Of a stretch of DNA of 64,000 nucleotides, positions 17,202 through 25,105 are shown piece after piece. A program made the translations under genes and the position numbers. Origin of the DNA: an uncultured Actinomycetota bacterium (GTDB lineage: Bacteria > Actinomycetota > Actinomycetes > Propionibacteriales > Nocardioidaceae); NCBI GenBank assembly GCA_963832415.1, contig CAWHTZ010000014.1, positions 295,339 to 359,338 on the forward strand, written 5' to 3'. The notes beneath the pieces are model-generated. The model was not told the origin of the DNA and ran no database searches. It saw nothing but the letters and a program-made list of their open reading frames with translations. Every line of letters starts with the position of its first letter. The first letter of the stretch is position 1.

Positions 17202-17876
17202 TCAGGTGCCCTCGTGGTGGGCGTTCGAGACCCGCTGGCCCGACAGCCCCGCGATCGCCTCCATGACCTCGTCCGTCAGCTGGCGCCGCGCCCTGCCGGG
17301 GGCCAGCCCGGCGAAGCGGTCCCCCGCCGTGATCGGGGCGCCGAAGGCGACCGACACCTTCGCCAGGCGCGGGCGGGTCGACCCGATCGGCTGGATGTCC
17401 TCGGTGCCGCGGAGCCCCACCGGCACCACGGGGACCCCGGTGGTGAGCGCGAGCTGCGCCACGCCCGTCCGCCCCCGTCCGAGCCGCCCGTCGCGCGAGC
17501 GGGTGCCCTCGGGGTAGATCCCGAACGCGAGGCCGCGGGCGAGCACGGCCTGCGCCGTCTCGAGGCTCGCCAGCGCCGACTTCGTGTCCTCCCGGTCGAC
17601 CGGCAGCATCCCCAGGCCCTCGAACCACGCGCGCTTCAGCGCGCCCCGCACGCCGGTGCCGGTGAAGTAGTCCGACTTGGCGAGGAAGACGACCCGCCGC
17701 GGGACCACCGTGGGGATCACCACGCTGTCGACGAAGCTCAGGTGGTTGCTCGCGAGCAGCACGCCACCGGTCCTCGGCACGTGCTCCAGCCCGGTCACCT
17801 CGGGCCGCCAGACCGCCCGCAGCGCGGGCGCCAGCACGGGGTGCAGCACCGTGTAGAGCCGCGGGTCCTCAGTCAT
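17202..17876 (-). CDS. 1-acyl-sn-glycerol-3-phosphate acyltransferase family protein
   Basis: HX4D motif NHLSFVDS and IYPEGTRS motif. ATG 17876 (MTEDPRLY). Confidence 0.8.
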   Translation of the reverse strand: MTEDPRLYTVLHPVLAPALRAVWRPEVTGLEHVPRTGGVLLASNHLSFVDSVVIPTVVPRRVVFLAKSDYFTGTGVRGALKRAWFEGLGMLPVDREDTKSALASLETAQAVLARGLAFGIYPEGTRSRDGRLGRGRTGVAQLALTTGVPVVPVGLRGTEDIQPIGSTRPRLAKVSVAFGAPITAGDRFAGLAPGRARRQLTDEVMEAIAGLSGQRVSNAHHEGT

Positions 17877-17892
17877 CCGACCAGTCTGCTGG

Positions 17893-18204
17893 TTACTCGC
17901 TGGTCGGCCACATCGGCAACCAGTGGGCGCGGGCGAGGTCGACCGCGCCGGTGGCACGCAGCGGCGTGCCCTCCCGGGCGTACGCCGCCCGGGCGCGCGC
18001 CCCGTGGCTCGGCGGGAGGGACCCGTCGGCCCGGACGACGCGCCACCACGGCACCGGGCCGCCCCAGGTGGCGAGCACGCTGCCGACCCGCCGGGGACCG
18101 TGGTGCCCGATCGCGTCGGCGATCGCGCCGTAGGTCGTGGCCCGCCCCGGCGGAACCGACTCCACGACGCGGAGGACCGCCTCCACGAACTCCTCGCTGT
18201 CCAC
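17893..18204 (-). CDS. Alkyltransferase-like (ATL) / MGMT-family DNA-binding protein
   Basis: 103 aa MGMT DNA-binding-domain-like protein. The acceptor motif reads VPWWRVV, with Trp where alkyltransferases have Cys (PCHRV). TAGGCT lies 7 nt upstream of GTG 18204. Confidence 0.7.
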   Translation of the reverse strand: MDSEEFVEAVLRVVESVPPGRATTYGAIADAIGHHGPRRVGSVLATWGGPVPWWRVVRADGSLPPSHGARARAAYAREGTPLRATGAVDLARAHWLPMWPTSE

Positions 18205-18242
18205 CCCCTGGAGCCTAGGCCCGCGGCGGGGGTGGCCGGCCC

Positions 18243-19130
18243 TCAGACCCCGGGGTCGAACCGCTTCGTGCCGCGCACGAGCCGCAGGCCGGGGATCCCG
18301 GCGTGGTACTGCGCGTAGCGCAGCTCCTTGCGCATGTTGCCCAGCCCGTTGGACGCGGGCGTCGGGGCGAGCGCGACGGTGGACAGCGTCCCCACGGCGC
18401 GGCCCCAGGGGTCGAGGAAGCCCGAGCCCGAGTCACCGGGGATGCCCGGGGTGGCGGTGTACGCCTCCGCACCCCAGCCCCGGTAGGTATGGCCGAGCGA
18501 GGCCCCGCGGCGCGGCGAGAGCGTGGTGGTCGGGCGCAGGCGCGACTGGCCGTAGCCGAAGACCTGCCTGCCGGCGGGCAGCCGGTGGCCCAGGCCGGTC
18601 GGGCCGCCCCAGAACGGGACGCTCGGGTTGACGGTCCGCACGAAGCGCGGGTCCACGCGGACCAGCGCGAAGTCGTTGGCCGCGCAGACGTGGGAGCGCG
18701 ACTCGCCGCGGCGGCGCATGGTCCGCCACGAGCTGTAGACGAGGCTGCCGTACCCGACCGTCTGACCGCCGCCGACGAGATCGGCGCCGCGGGCGAAGCG
18801 CACCCGGGTGCCGATCGGGTGGGAGCGGGTGCGGCACCCGTCGGTGTCGGTCGCCTCGCCGCGGCCGGCGCAGTGCGCGGCGTAGCCGACGTAGACGTGG
18901 CCCCGGCGGTCGGTGAAGACGAAGTTGCCCGTGCACTGCGCGCCCCGGGTGAGCATCTGGACGCCGGGCCGGATCCTCGCCTGGCCGACGGGCGCCCAGC
19001 GCCCGGCCGCGTCGGCCGAGGCGCCCGCGACGCCGCCGCTCAGGGCGGGCAGCAGGGCGGTCGTCGCCAGCAGCAGGGCCAGCGCCGGAGCGGTCCACGG
19101 GCGGGTGCGGGTGATGCGCATGCCCTCCAC
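18243..19130 (-). CDS. Secreted S1-family (trypsin/streptogrisin-like) serine protease, basic paralog
   Basis: Signal peptide (RPWTAPALALLLATTALLPALSG). Catalytic triad contexts AAHCAG, NDFALV, GDSGSGF. Start is GTG 19130 or ATG 19121. Confidence 0.8.
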   Translation of the reverse strand: MEGMRITRTRPWTAPALALLLATTALLPALSGGVAGASADAAGRWAPVGQARIRPGVQMLTRGAQCTGNFVFTDRRGHVYVGYAAHCAGRGEATDTDGCRTRSHPIGTRVRFARGADLVGGGQTVGYGSLVYSSWRTMRRRGESRSHVCAANDFALVRVDPRFVRTVNPSVPFWGGPTGLGHRLPAGRQVFGYGQSRLRPTTTLSPRRGASLGHTYRGWGAEAYTATPGIPGDSGSGFLDPWGRAVGTLSTVALAPTPASNGLGNMRKELRYAQYHAGIPGLRLVRGTKRFDPGV

Positions 19131-19138
19131 AACGAGCG

Positions 19139-19167
19139 GGAGCCCCGTCCGTGACGGACGGGGCTCC
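19139..19167 (-). terminator. Perfect 13-bp hairpin between the two protease genes
   Basis: GGAGCCCCGTCCG-tga-CGGACGGGGCTCC, 32 nt downstream of the upstream protease stop. No U-tract (actinobacterial I-shaped type). Confidence 0.5.
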
Positions 19168-19198
19168 TGCCGATGTGCCTGCAGGCTCCGGGGAGGCC

Positions 19199-20077
19199 TC
19201 AGAGGGTGCCGCTGAAGGGCTCGGTGCCCTCGACCAGCTGGAGCCCGGCGATGCCCGAGTGCTGCTGCGCGTAGGCCAGCGCGTGCGAGAGGTCGCTGAC
19301 CCCGTTGGAGCCGGCCAGCGGCGCGATGGCAAGCGTGGAGAGCACGCCGAGCGCGCGGCCCTCGGCGTCCATGAAGCCGGAGCCGGAGTCACCGGGGACG
19401 CCCGGGGTGACGGTGTAGACCGGGTGGGTCCAGCCGCCGCCCGACTCGCCGAGCGAGGAGCCCTGCTTGGGGGAGAGCGCCTCGACGCCGGCCCGCAGGC
19501 TGGAGTTGCCGTAGGAGTAGACGGTGTCCCCGGCGGCGGTGCCGTCGGTGTCGAGGCCCGTCGGGCCGCCGAAGAACGGGACCGACGGGTTCACCTTCGA
19601 GACGTCGTCGGCGTCGACCTTCACCAGGGCGAGGTCGTTGTAGCTGCAGGTGTTGGCGTCGGTCTCGTTCCGGTCACCCATCGTCCTCCAGGAGCTGTAG
19701 GCGAGCGTGCCCTGGCCGACGACCTCGCCGCCGGAGGCGAGCGAGCCGCCCTCGACGAAGTCGACCCGCGTGCCCAGGGGCAGCGACCCGGCCTCGCAGC
19801 CGTTCGTGTCGGTCTGTCCGCCGGTGCCGGCGCAGTGCGCGGCGTAGCCCACGTAGGTGTTTCCGGCGCCGTCGTCGAAGACGAAGTTGCCGGTGCACTG
19901 GGCCCCGTCGGTGTACATCTGCACGCCGGGGTGGATCCGGGCCTGGTCAGCGGGGGCGTACTCCGGGGCCGAGGAGGCCGTCGTGGTCGTCGACGTCAGG
20001 AACGCGGCGGCCAGCGCGGAGGCGCCGAGCGCGACGCTGCCGGTGCGGAAGGCGGTGCGGCGGGCGGTGCGGGTCAT
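19199..20077 (-). CDS. Secreted S1-family serine protease, acidic paralog
   Basis: About half the residues align by eye with the 18243-19130 product. AAHCAG, NDLALV, GDSGSGF. Signal peptide after ATG 20077 (GAGAGGA upstream). Confidence 0.8.
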   Translation of the reverse strand: MTRTARRTAFRTGSVALGASALAAAFLTSTTTTASSAPEYAPADQARIHPGVQMYTDGAQCTGNFVFDDGAGNTYVGYAAHCAGTGGQTDTNGCEAGSLPLGTRVDFVEGGSLASGGEVVGQGTLAYSSWRTMGDRNETDANTCSYNDLALVKVDADDVSKVNPSVPFFGGPTGLDTDGTAAGDTVYSYGNSSLRAGVEALSPKQGSSLGESGGGWTHPVYTVTPGVPGDSGSGFMDAEGRALGVLSTLAIAPLAGSNGVSDLSHALAYAQQHSGIAGLQLVEGTEPFSGTL

Positions 20078-20124
20078 GGGTTCCTCTCGTGGGGCACCCG
20101 GGCGACCAGTCGTCGCCCGAGCGG

Positions 20125-20136
20125 ACGTGATCACGT
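20125..20136. promoter_or_regulatory. Perfect 12-bp palindrome ACGTGATCACGT upstream of protease gene
   Basis: Read directly. Lies 48-59 nt upstream of ATG 20077. Confidence 0.35.
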
Positions 20137-20187
20137 TCACGCTGCCCAACGAGGAGCCCCCACCCGGGTCACGCCCGGGCGGCGAGC

Positions 20188-20203
20188 TGTGACGTGGATC
20201 ACA
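20188..20203. promoter_or_regulatory. CRP/GlxR-type site TGTGA-N6-TCACA
   Basis: TGTGACGTGGATCACA matches both half-sites of the CRP-family consensus. Lies 111-126 nt upstream of protease ATG 20077 and 19 nt downstream of the moeZ stop. Confidence 0.45.
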
Positions 20204-20221
20204 TCCGCCGCCCGCCTGCCC

Positions 20222-21421
20222 TCAGTACGAGGGCTGCGAGGGGTCGATCTGGTTGACCCACGCGGCCACGCCGCCGCCCACGTGCACGGCGTCGGAGTAG
20301 CCGGCCCCCTTGAGCGTCGCCAGCGCCTCCGCCGAGCGGACGCCGCTCTTGCAGTGCAGCACCACCTGCGTGTCCTGCGAGAGCTGCTCGAAGGCGTTGC
20401 CGTTGAGGAACTCGCCCTTGGGGATCAGCACCGAGCCGGGGATCCGGTTGATGTCGTACTCGACCTGCTCGCGCACGTCGACGAGGACGAAGTCGCGGCT
20501 GCCCTCCTCGCGCTCCTTGAGCATGTGCTCGAGGTCGCCCACCGAGATGGTCGAGCCGGCCGCCGCGTCGGCGGCCTCGTCGGAGACCGCGCCGCAGAAG
20601 GCCTCGTAGTCGATCAGCTCGGTCACCGTCGGGTGGTCGCCGCACAGCGCGCAGCCGGGGTCCTTGCGCACCTTCAGCTTGCGCCAGCTCAGCTCCAGCG
20701 CGTCGTAGATCACCAGGCTGCCGATGGCCGGGTCGCCGACGCCCGTGATGAGCTTGATCGCCTCGTTGACCTGGATCGAGCCGATGCTCGCGCACAGCAC
20801 GCCCAGCACGCCGCCCTCGGCGCAGGACGGCACCATGCCCGGCGGCGGCGGCTCGGGGTAGAGGCAGCGGTAGCAGGGGGCGTCCTCGCCCAGGGTGGGG
20901 GCGAAGACCGAGGCCTGCCCGTCGAAACGGAAGATCGAGCCCCAGACGTAGGGGATGCCGAGGAAGTACGCGGCGTCGTTGACCATGTAGCGGGTGGCGA
21001 AGTTGTCGGTCCCGTCGACGATCAGGTCGTAGCCCCGGAAGACGTCCATCACCGTGTCGTTGTCCAGGCGCCCCTCGTGCAGGACGACCTCGACGAAGGG
21101 GTTCACCTCGGCGACCGACTCCTTCGCCGACTGGGCCTTGGACTTCCCGATGTCGGACTGCCCGTGGATGACCTGGCGCTGCAGGTTGGACTCGTCGACC
21201 TCGTCGAACTCCGCGATGCCGAGCGTGCCCACGCCGGCGGCGGCGAGGTACATCAGGGCCGGGCTGCCGAGCCCGCCCGCGCCGATGACGAGCACCTTGG
21301 CGTTCTTCAGCCGCTTCTGACCGGCCATCCCGACGTCGGGGATGATCAGGTGGCGGCTGTAGCGGCGGACCTCGTCGGTGGTGAGCTCGTCCGCCGGCTC
21401 GACGATGGGTGCATAGGTCAC
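20222..21421 (-). CDS. moeZ: Adenylyltransferase/sulfurtransferase MoeZ
   Basis: ThiF/MoeB domain (VIGAGGLGSPALMYLAAAGVG), CxxC pairs (CYRC, CALCG), C-terminal rhodanese (HCKSGVRS). GTG 21421 preceded by AAGGAG. The 686-aa track ORF is an artefactual extension. Confidence 0.9.
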   Translation of the reverse strand: MTYAPIVEPADELTTDEVRRYSRHLIIPDVGMAGQKRLKNAKVLVIGAGGLGSPALMYLAAAGVGTLGIAEFDEVDESNLQRQVIHGQSDIGKSKAQSAKESVAEVNPFVEVVLHEGRLDNDTVMDVFRGYDLIVDGTDNFATRYMVNDAAYFLGIPYVWGSIFRFDGQASVFAPTLGEDAPCYRCLYPEPPPPGMVPSCAEGGVLGVLCASIGSIQVNEAIKLITGVGDPAIGSLVIYDALELSWRKLKVRKDPGCALCGDHPTVTELIDYEAFCGAVSDEAADAAAGSTISVGDLEHMLKEREEGSRDFVLVDVREQVEYDINRIPGSVLIPKGEFLNGNAFEQLSQDTQVVLHCKSGVRSAEALATLKGAGYSDAVHVGGGVAAWVNQIDPSQPSY

Positions 21422-21646
21422 GGCGTACTCCTTGGGAAGACGTGCAGGTCGAGGCGGAACGCCCGCAGGCTCCCCCATGTTCCCTGACGTGCGCGCCCGT
21501 TCCAACCAACGAGATCGTCGTCCGGATCGCGGACGCGCGTGGGGGTGGGCCCGCGGGCGCGGGGATCCGGGGCCGGTGACCGGGGTGGCGGGTAGGCTTC
21601 GCGCAGCCCGGATCGGGCCGGGCCGCGAGAGGACGAGGAGCATGAG

Positions 21647-22285
21647 GTGACCACTGAGCAGCGGGGCGTCGGAGCGACGCGCGCGCCGGGCAGCCGGATG
21701 CCCCGCCAGGAGCGGCGCGCCCAGCTCCTGGACTCCGCACTCGGCGTCTTCGTCGCGCAGGGCTACCACGCCGCGGCCATGGACGACATCGCCGACCGGG
21801 CCGGCGTCTCCAAGCCGGTGCTCTACCAGCACTTCCCCGGCAAGCTGGACCTCTACCTGGCGCTCCTGGACGCCTCGTGCGAGGACATCATCGAGAACTG
21901 CCGCCGGGCCCTCGACTCCACCCACGACAACGAGCAGCGCGTCGAGAAGACGATGAAGGTCTTCTACGAGTACGTCGCCAACGACTCGGGCGCGTTTCGG
22001 CTCGTCTTCGAGTCCGACCTGACCAACGAGCCGGCCGTGCGCGAGCGGGTGGAGCGCGTGACCACCGAGTGCGCCGCCCTCATCGCCCGGGTGATCCACG
22101 GGGACACGGGGCTGCCGGACGAGGCGGCCCGGATCCTCGCGGTCTCGCTGGTGGGAATGGCGCAGGTCAGCGCGCGGTTCTGGCTGGCCGAGACGACCGG
22201 GATCGACCGGGAGCAGGCGGCCGACCTGGTCGCGCGGCTGGCCTGGCGCGGCATCCGCGGCTACCCGCGCTCCGACGAGCACTGA
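21647..22285 (+). CDS. TetR family transcriptional regulator
   Basis: N-terminal HTH (GYHAAAMDDIADRAGVSKPVLYQHF). Divergent from moeZ. GTG 21647 or a downstream start. Confidence 0.85.
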   Translation: MTTEQRGVGATRAPGSRMPRQERRAQLLDSALGVFVAQGYHAAAMDDIADRAGVSKPVLYQHFPGKLDLYLALLDASCEDIIENCRRALDSTHDNEQRVEKTMKVFYEYVANDSGAFRLVFESDLTNEPAVRERVERVTTECAALIARVIHGDTGLPDEAARILAVSLVGMAQVSARFWLAETTGIDREQAADLVARLAWRGIRGYPRSDEH

Positions 22286-22316
22286 CCACCAGCACAGCCA
22301 TCAGGAGGAAGACGAC

Positions 22317-22538
22317 GTGGAGGTCAAGATCGGCGTCCAGCACGCCTCGCGCGAGCTGACCATCGACACCGACGAGAGCCAGGAGGGCGTGGAGGAGAAG
22401 GTGGCCGAGGCCCTCAGCTCCGGCGGCCTGTTGACGCTCAGCGACACCAAGAGCCGCCGGGTCGTCGTGCCCGCGGAGAAGATCACCTTCGTGGAGATCG
22501 GCAGCAGCCACGTCGGCCAGGTCGGCTTCCGCAGCTAG
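22317..22538 (+). CDS. DUF3107 domain protein
   Basis: 73 aa MEVKIGVQHASRELTIDTDES... Typical small actinobacterial protein found next to the DEAD-box helicase (from memory). Confidence 0.8.
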   Translation: MEVKIGVQHASRELTIDTDESQEGVEEKVAEALSSGGLLTLSDTKSRRVVVPAEKITFVEIGSSHVGQVGFRS

Positions 22539-22595
22539 GAGTCCGGCCCCGCCAGGAGTCCGGCCCCGCCAGGAATCCAGCTAGGAATCCAGGCC
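22537..22595. repeat. Two back-to-back tandem duplications (17 nt x2, then 12 nt x2)
   Basis: AGGAGTCCGGCCCCGCC at 22537 and 22554. AGGAATCCAGCT / AGGAATCCAGGC at 22571 and 22583. Spans the gap between two convergent stop codons. Confidence 0.7.
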
Positions 22596-23327
22596 GAGGT
22601 CCTGCATCCGCGAGGCGTGCCGCTCGGTCATCCGGGTGAACATCCGGCCGAGGGCGGCCAGGTCCAGACCGGGCCGGTCGACGCCGCCCGCGAGCAGGGC
22701 CGAGAGCCCGTCCCGCTCGGCGGCCACGCGCTGCGCCTGGGAGAGCGCCTCCCCCATCAGGCGGCGGCCCCACAGCGCGAGGCGGCCGCCGAGACGCGGG
22801 TCGGCGGCGATGGCCGCGCGCACGTGGTCGACCACGAAGGCCGAGTGACCGGCGTCCTCGAGGCAACCGATGATCAGGTCCCGCGTGTCCGGGTCGAGGA
22901 AGGCGGCGACCTCGCGATAGAAGTCGGCGGCGAGCTCGTCCCCGACGAAGGCCTTGACGAGACCCTCGTACCAGTCCCGGGGTGCGGTGTGCCGGTGGAA
23001 GGCGTCGATCGGCTCGCGGAAGGGCGCCATCGCGGCGTAGGGGTCCGCCCCCAGCTGGGTCAACCGGTCGAGCAGCCGCCCGACGTGACCCACCTGCGCC
23101 GCCGCCATCGCCGAGAGCGCGAGCTTGTCCTGCAGCGACGGTGCCAGCTTCGCGTCCTCCGCGAGCCGCTCGAAGGCCGAGATCTCGCCGTAGCCGACGG
23201 CGCCCAGCAGGTCCACCACGGCGGCGCGGTACTGCGGGTCCTCGAACGCCACGGAGAGGTCCGGGTCGCCCGCGGCCGCCTCCGGCGAGCCGCCGGCCGA
23301 CGACTCGGAGGAGGAGAATGCGGTCAT
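22581..23327 (-). CDS. Ferritin-like domain protein
   Basis: 248 aa, helical, with E/H-rich di-iron-like segments (GYGEISAFERL ... EDAGHSAF). Assignment from memory of conserved actinobacterial neighbours. Confidence 0.65.
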   Translation of the reverse strand: MTAFSSSESSAGGSPEAAAGDPDLSVAFEDPQYRAAVVDLLGAVGYGEISAFERLAEDAKLAPSLQDKLALSAMAAAQVGHVGRLLDRLTQLGADPYAAMAPFREPIDAFHRHTAPRDWYEGLVKAFVGDELAADFYREVAAFLDPDTRDLIIGCLEDAGHSAFVVDHVRAAIAADPRLGGRLALWGRRLMGEALSQAQRVAAERDGLSALLAGGVDRPGLDLAALGRMFTRMTERHASRMQDLGLDS

Positions 23328-23539
23328 GTGCCGACCCTACCGATAGACTCGGCCCGGTCGGCCGCTGCCCGGCGGCGTTGTTGCCGGTCGCAGGGGCACC
23401 GATCATCGGGCGGAGGCCCGGACCCGGGAGGCGACGGTTGTCGTCCGTCCCTGGTGCCGGCGCCTGGCCGCCCCGGATGCGCGCGGCAGGCCACGAGACG
23501 GTCCGCCGCAAGCCTTGGACCCGAGACGAAAGTGACCAC

Positions 23540-25072
23540 GTGACCACGTTCCGCGAGCTCGGGGTGCTCCCCGAGATCTGTGACGCCCTCGAACGCAAGG
23601 GCATCACCACCCCCTTTGCCATCCAGGAGATGACCCTCTCCATCGCCCTGACGGGCACGGACCTGATCGGTCAGGCCCGCACGGGCACGGGCAAGACCCT
23701 GGCCTTCGGCATCCCGATCATCCAGCGATCCGTCGCCACCCACGACCCCGACTACGCCGACCTGGAGCAGGGCAAGCCGCAGGCGCTGATCGTCGCCCCG
23801 ACCCGCGAGCTCGCGCTCCAGGTCTCGCGCGACCTCGAGCTCGCCGGCGCGGACCGGGGCATCCGGGTGATGACGGTCTACGGCGGCGTGGGCTACGAGC
23901 CCCAGCTGCAGAAGCTGGAGGAGGGTGTCGACATCGTCGTCGGCACCCCGGGCCGCCTGCTCGACCTCGCCGACCGGCGCGCGCTCGACCTGGGCCACGT
24001 CAAGGCCCTGGTCCTCGACGAGGCCGACGAGATGCTCGACCTCGGCTTCCTGCCCGACGTCGAGCGGATCCTCGCCAAGACGCCGGAGACCCGGCAGACC
24101 ATGCTGTTCTCGGCGACCATGCCCGCGGCGATCGTCTCCCTGGCACGCACGCACATGCGCCACCCGATGAACATCCGCGCCGAGTCGTCGTACGAGAACG
24201 CGACGGTGCCGGCGACGGCGCAGTTCATCTACCAGGCGCACGACCTCGACAAGCCCGAGATCATCGGGCGGGTGCTGCAGGCCGATGACGCCGAGAAGAT
24301 CATCGTCTTCACCCGCACGAAGCGGCAGGCGCAGCGCGTCGCGGACGACCTGGCCGACCGGGGGTTCTCCTCGAGCCCGCTGCACGGCGACATGGCCCAG
24401 ATCGCGCGCGAGAAGGCGCTGACGAAGTTCCGCGACGACAAGCTGCGCGTGCTCGTGGCGACCGACGTCGCGGCCCGCGGGATCGACGTCCGCGGCGTCT
24501 CGCACGTCATCAACTACAGCTGCCCCGAGGACGACAAGAACTACGTGCACCGGATCGGCCGCACCGGGCGTGCCGGCGCCTCGGGCATCGCGATCACGCT
24601 GGTCGACTGGGCGGACATCGCCCGCTGGAAGACCATCAACAAGACGCTCGACCTGCCCTTCGAGGACCCCCCGGAGACGTACTCCACCTCCGAGCACCTC
24701 CTGCACGACCAGGGCATCCCGCACGGCACCCAGGGTCGCCTCACGCCGGAGAAGCCGCGCGGCGGCTCCGGTGGGGGCTCGCGGTCCGGCGGCTCCGGTG
24801 GGGGCTCGCGGTCCGGCGGCTCCGGCGGGGGCTCGCGCTCCGGCGGCTCCGGCGGCTCCGGCGGGGGCTCGCGGTCCGGCGGCTCCGGCGGCAACCGCGA
24901 CCGGAAGCGCACCCGCTCGCGCGGCGGCGAGGTCGTCGCCGAGGGCGGCGAGCCGGTGCGCGAGGGTTCCGGCAGCTCGTCGCGGCGCCGGCGGCGCCGC
25001 GGCGGTCGCGGCGGCTCGGGATCCGGGGACGGTTCGGGCCAGGGACAGCAGCAGGCCGCGGGCTCGGACTGA
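23540..25072 (+). CDS. DEAD-box ATP-dependent RNA helicase with Gly/Ser/Arg-rich tail
   Basis: TFRELG Q-motif region, ARTGTGKT, DEAD, SAT, HRIGRTGRAG. Start GTG 23540 (ATG 23477 possible). The upstream 186 codons of the track ORF are Arg/Pro junk. Confidence 0.9.
   Translation: MTTFRELGVLPEICDALERKGITTPFAIQEMTLSIALTGTDLIGQARTGTGKTLAFGIPIIQRSVATHDPDYADLEQGKPQALIVAPTRELALQVSRDLELAGADRGIRVMTVYGGVGYEPQLQKLEEGVDIVVGTPGRLLDLADRRALDLGHVKALVLDEADEMLDLGFLPDVERILAKTPETRQTMLFSATMPAAIVSLARTHMRHPMNIRAESSYENATVPATAQFIYQAHDLDKPEIIGRVLQADDAEKIIVFTRTKRQAQRVADDLADRGFSSSPLHGDMAQIAREKALTKFRDDKLRVLVATDVAARGIDVRGVSHVINYSCPEDDKNYVHRIGRTGRAGASGIAITLVDWADIARWKTINKTLDLPFEDPPETYSTSEHLLHDQGIPHGTQGRLTPEKPRGGSGGGSRSGGSGGGSRSGGSGGGSRSGGSGGSGGGSRSGGSGGNRDRKRTRSRGGEVVAEGGEPVREGSGSSSRRRRRRGGRGGSGSGDGSGQGQQQAAGSD
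24761..24892 (+). repeat. 27-nt in-frame tandem repeat (GGSGGGSRS)n in helicase tail
   Basis: Units ggcggctccggtgggggctcgcggtcc at 24761, 24788, 24815 and 24851, plus partial units. Read directly. Confidence 0.85.
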
Positions 25073-25105
25073 GGCCGCGCCGGAGTCACGGCCGCCGGAC
25101 CCGCG

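Noticed and set aside
20222-22282. The 686-aa ORF, considered as an extended MoeZ.
   Set aside because: The N-terminal ~290 codons run antisense through the TetR gene and the intergenic region and have no motifs. A GTG at 21421 with AAGGAG gives a normal ~399-aa MoeZ.
22982-23539. N-terminal ~186-codon extension of the DEAD-box helicase ORF.
   Set aside because: It is an Arg/Pro/Ala-rich translation that overlaps the ferritin-like gene on the other strand. Helicase homology begins at VTTFRELG (23540).
24761-24892. Regular 27-nt repeats, considered as a CRISPR-like or non-coding minisatellite array.
   Set aside because: There are no unique spacers. The units are contiguous, in frame and inside the helicase CDS, so this is a coding low-complexity repeat.
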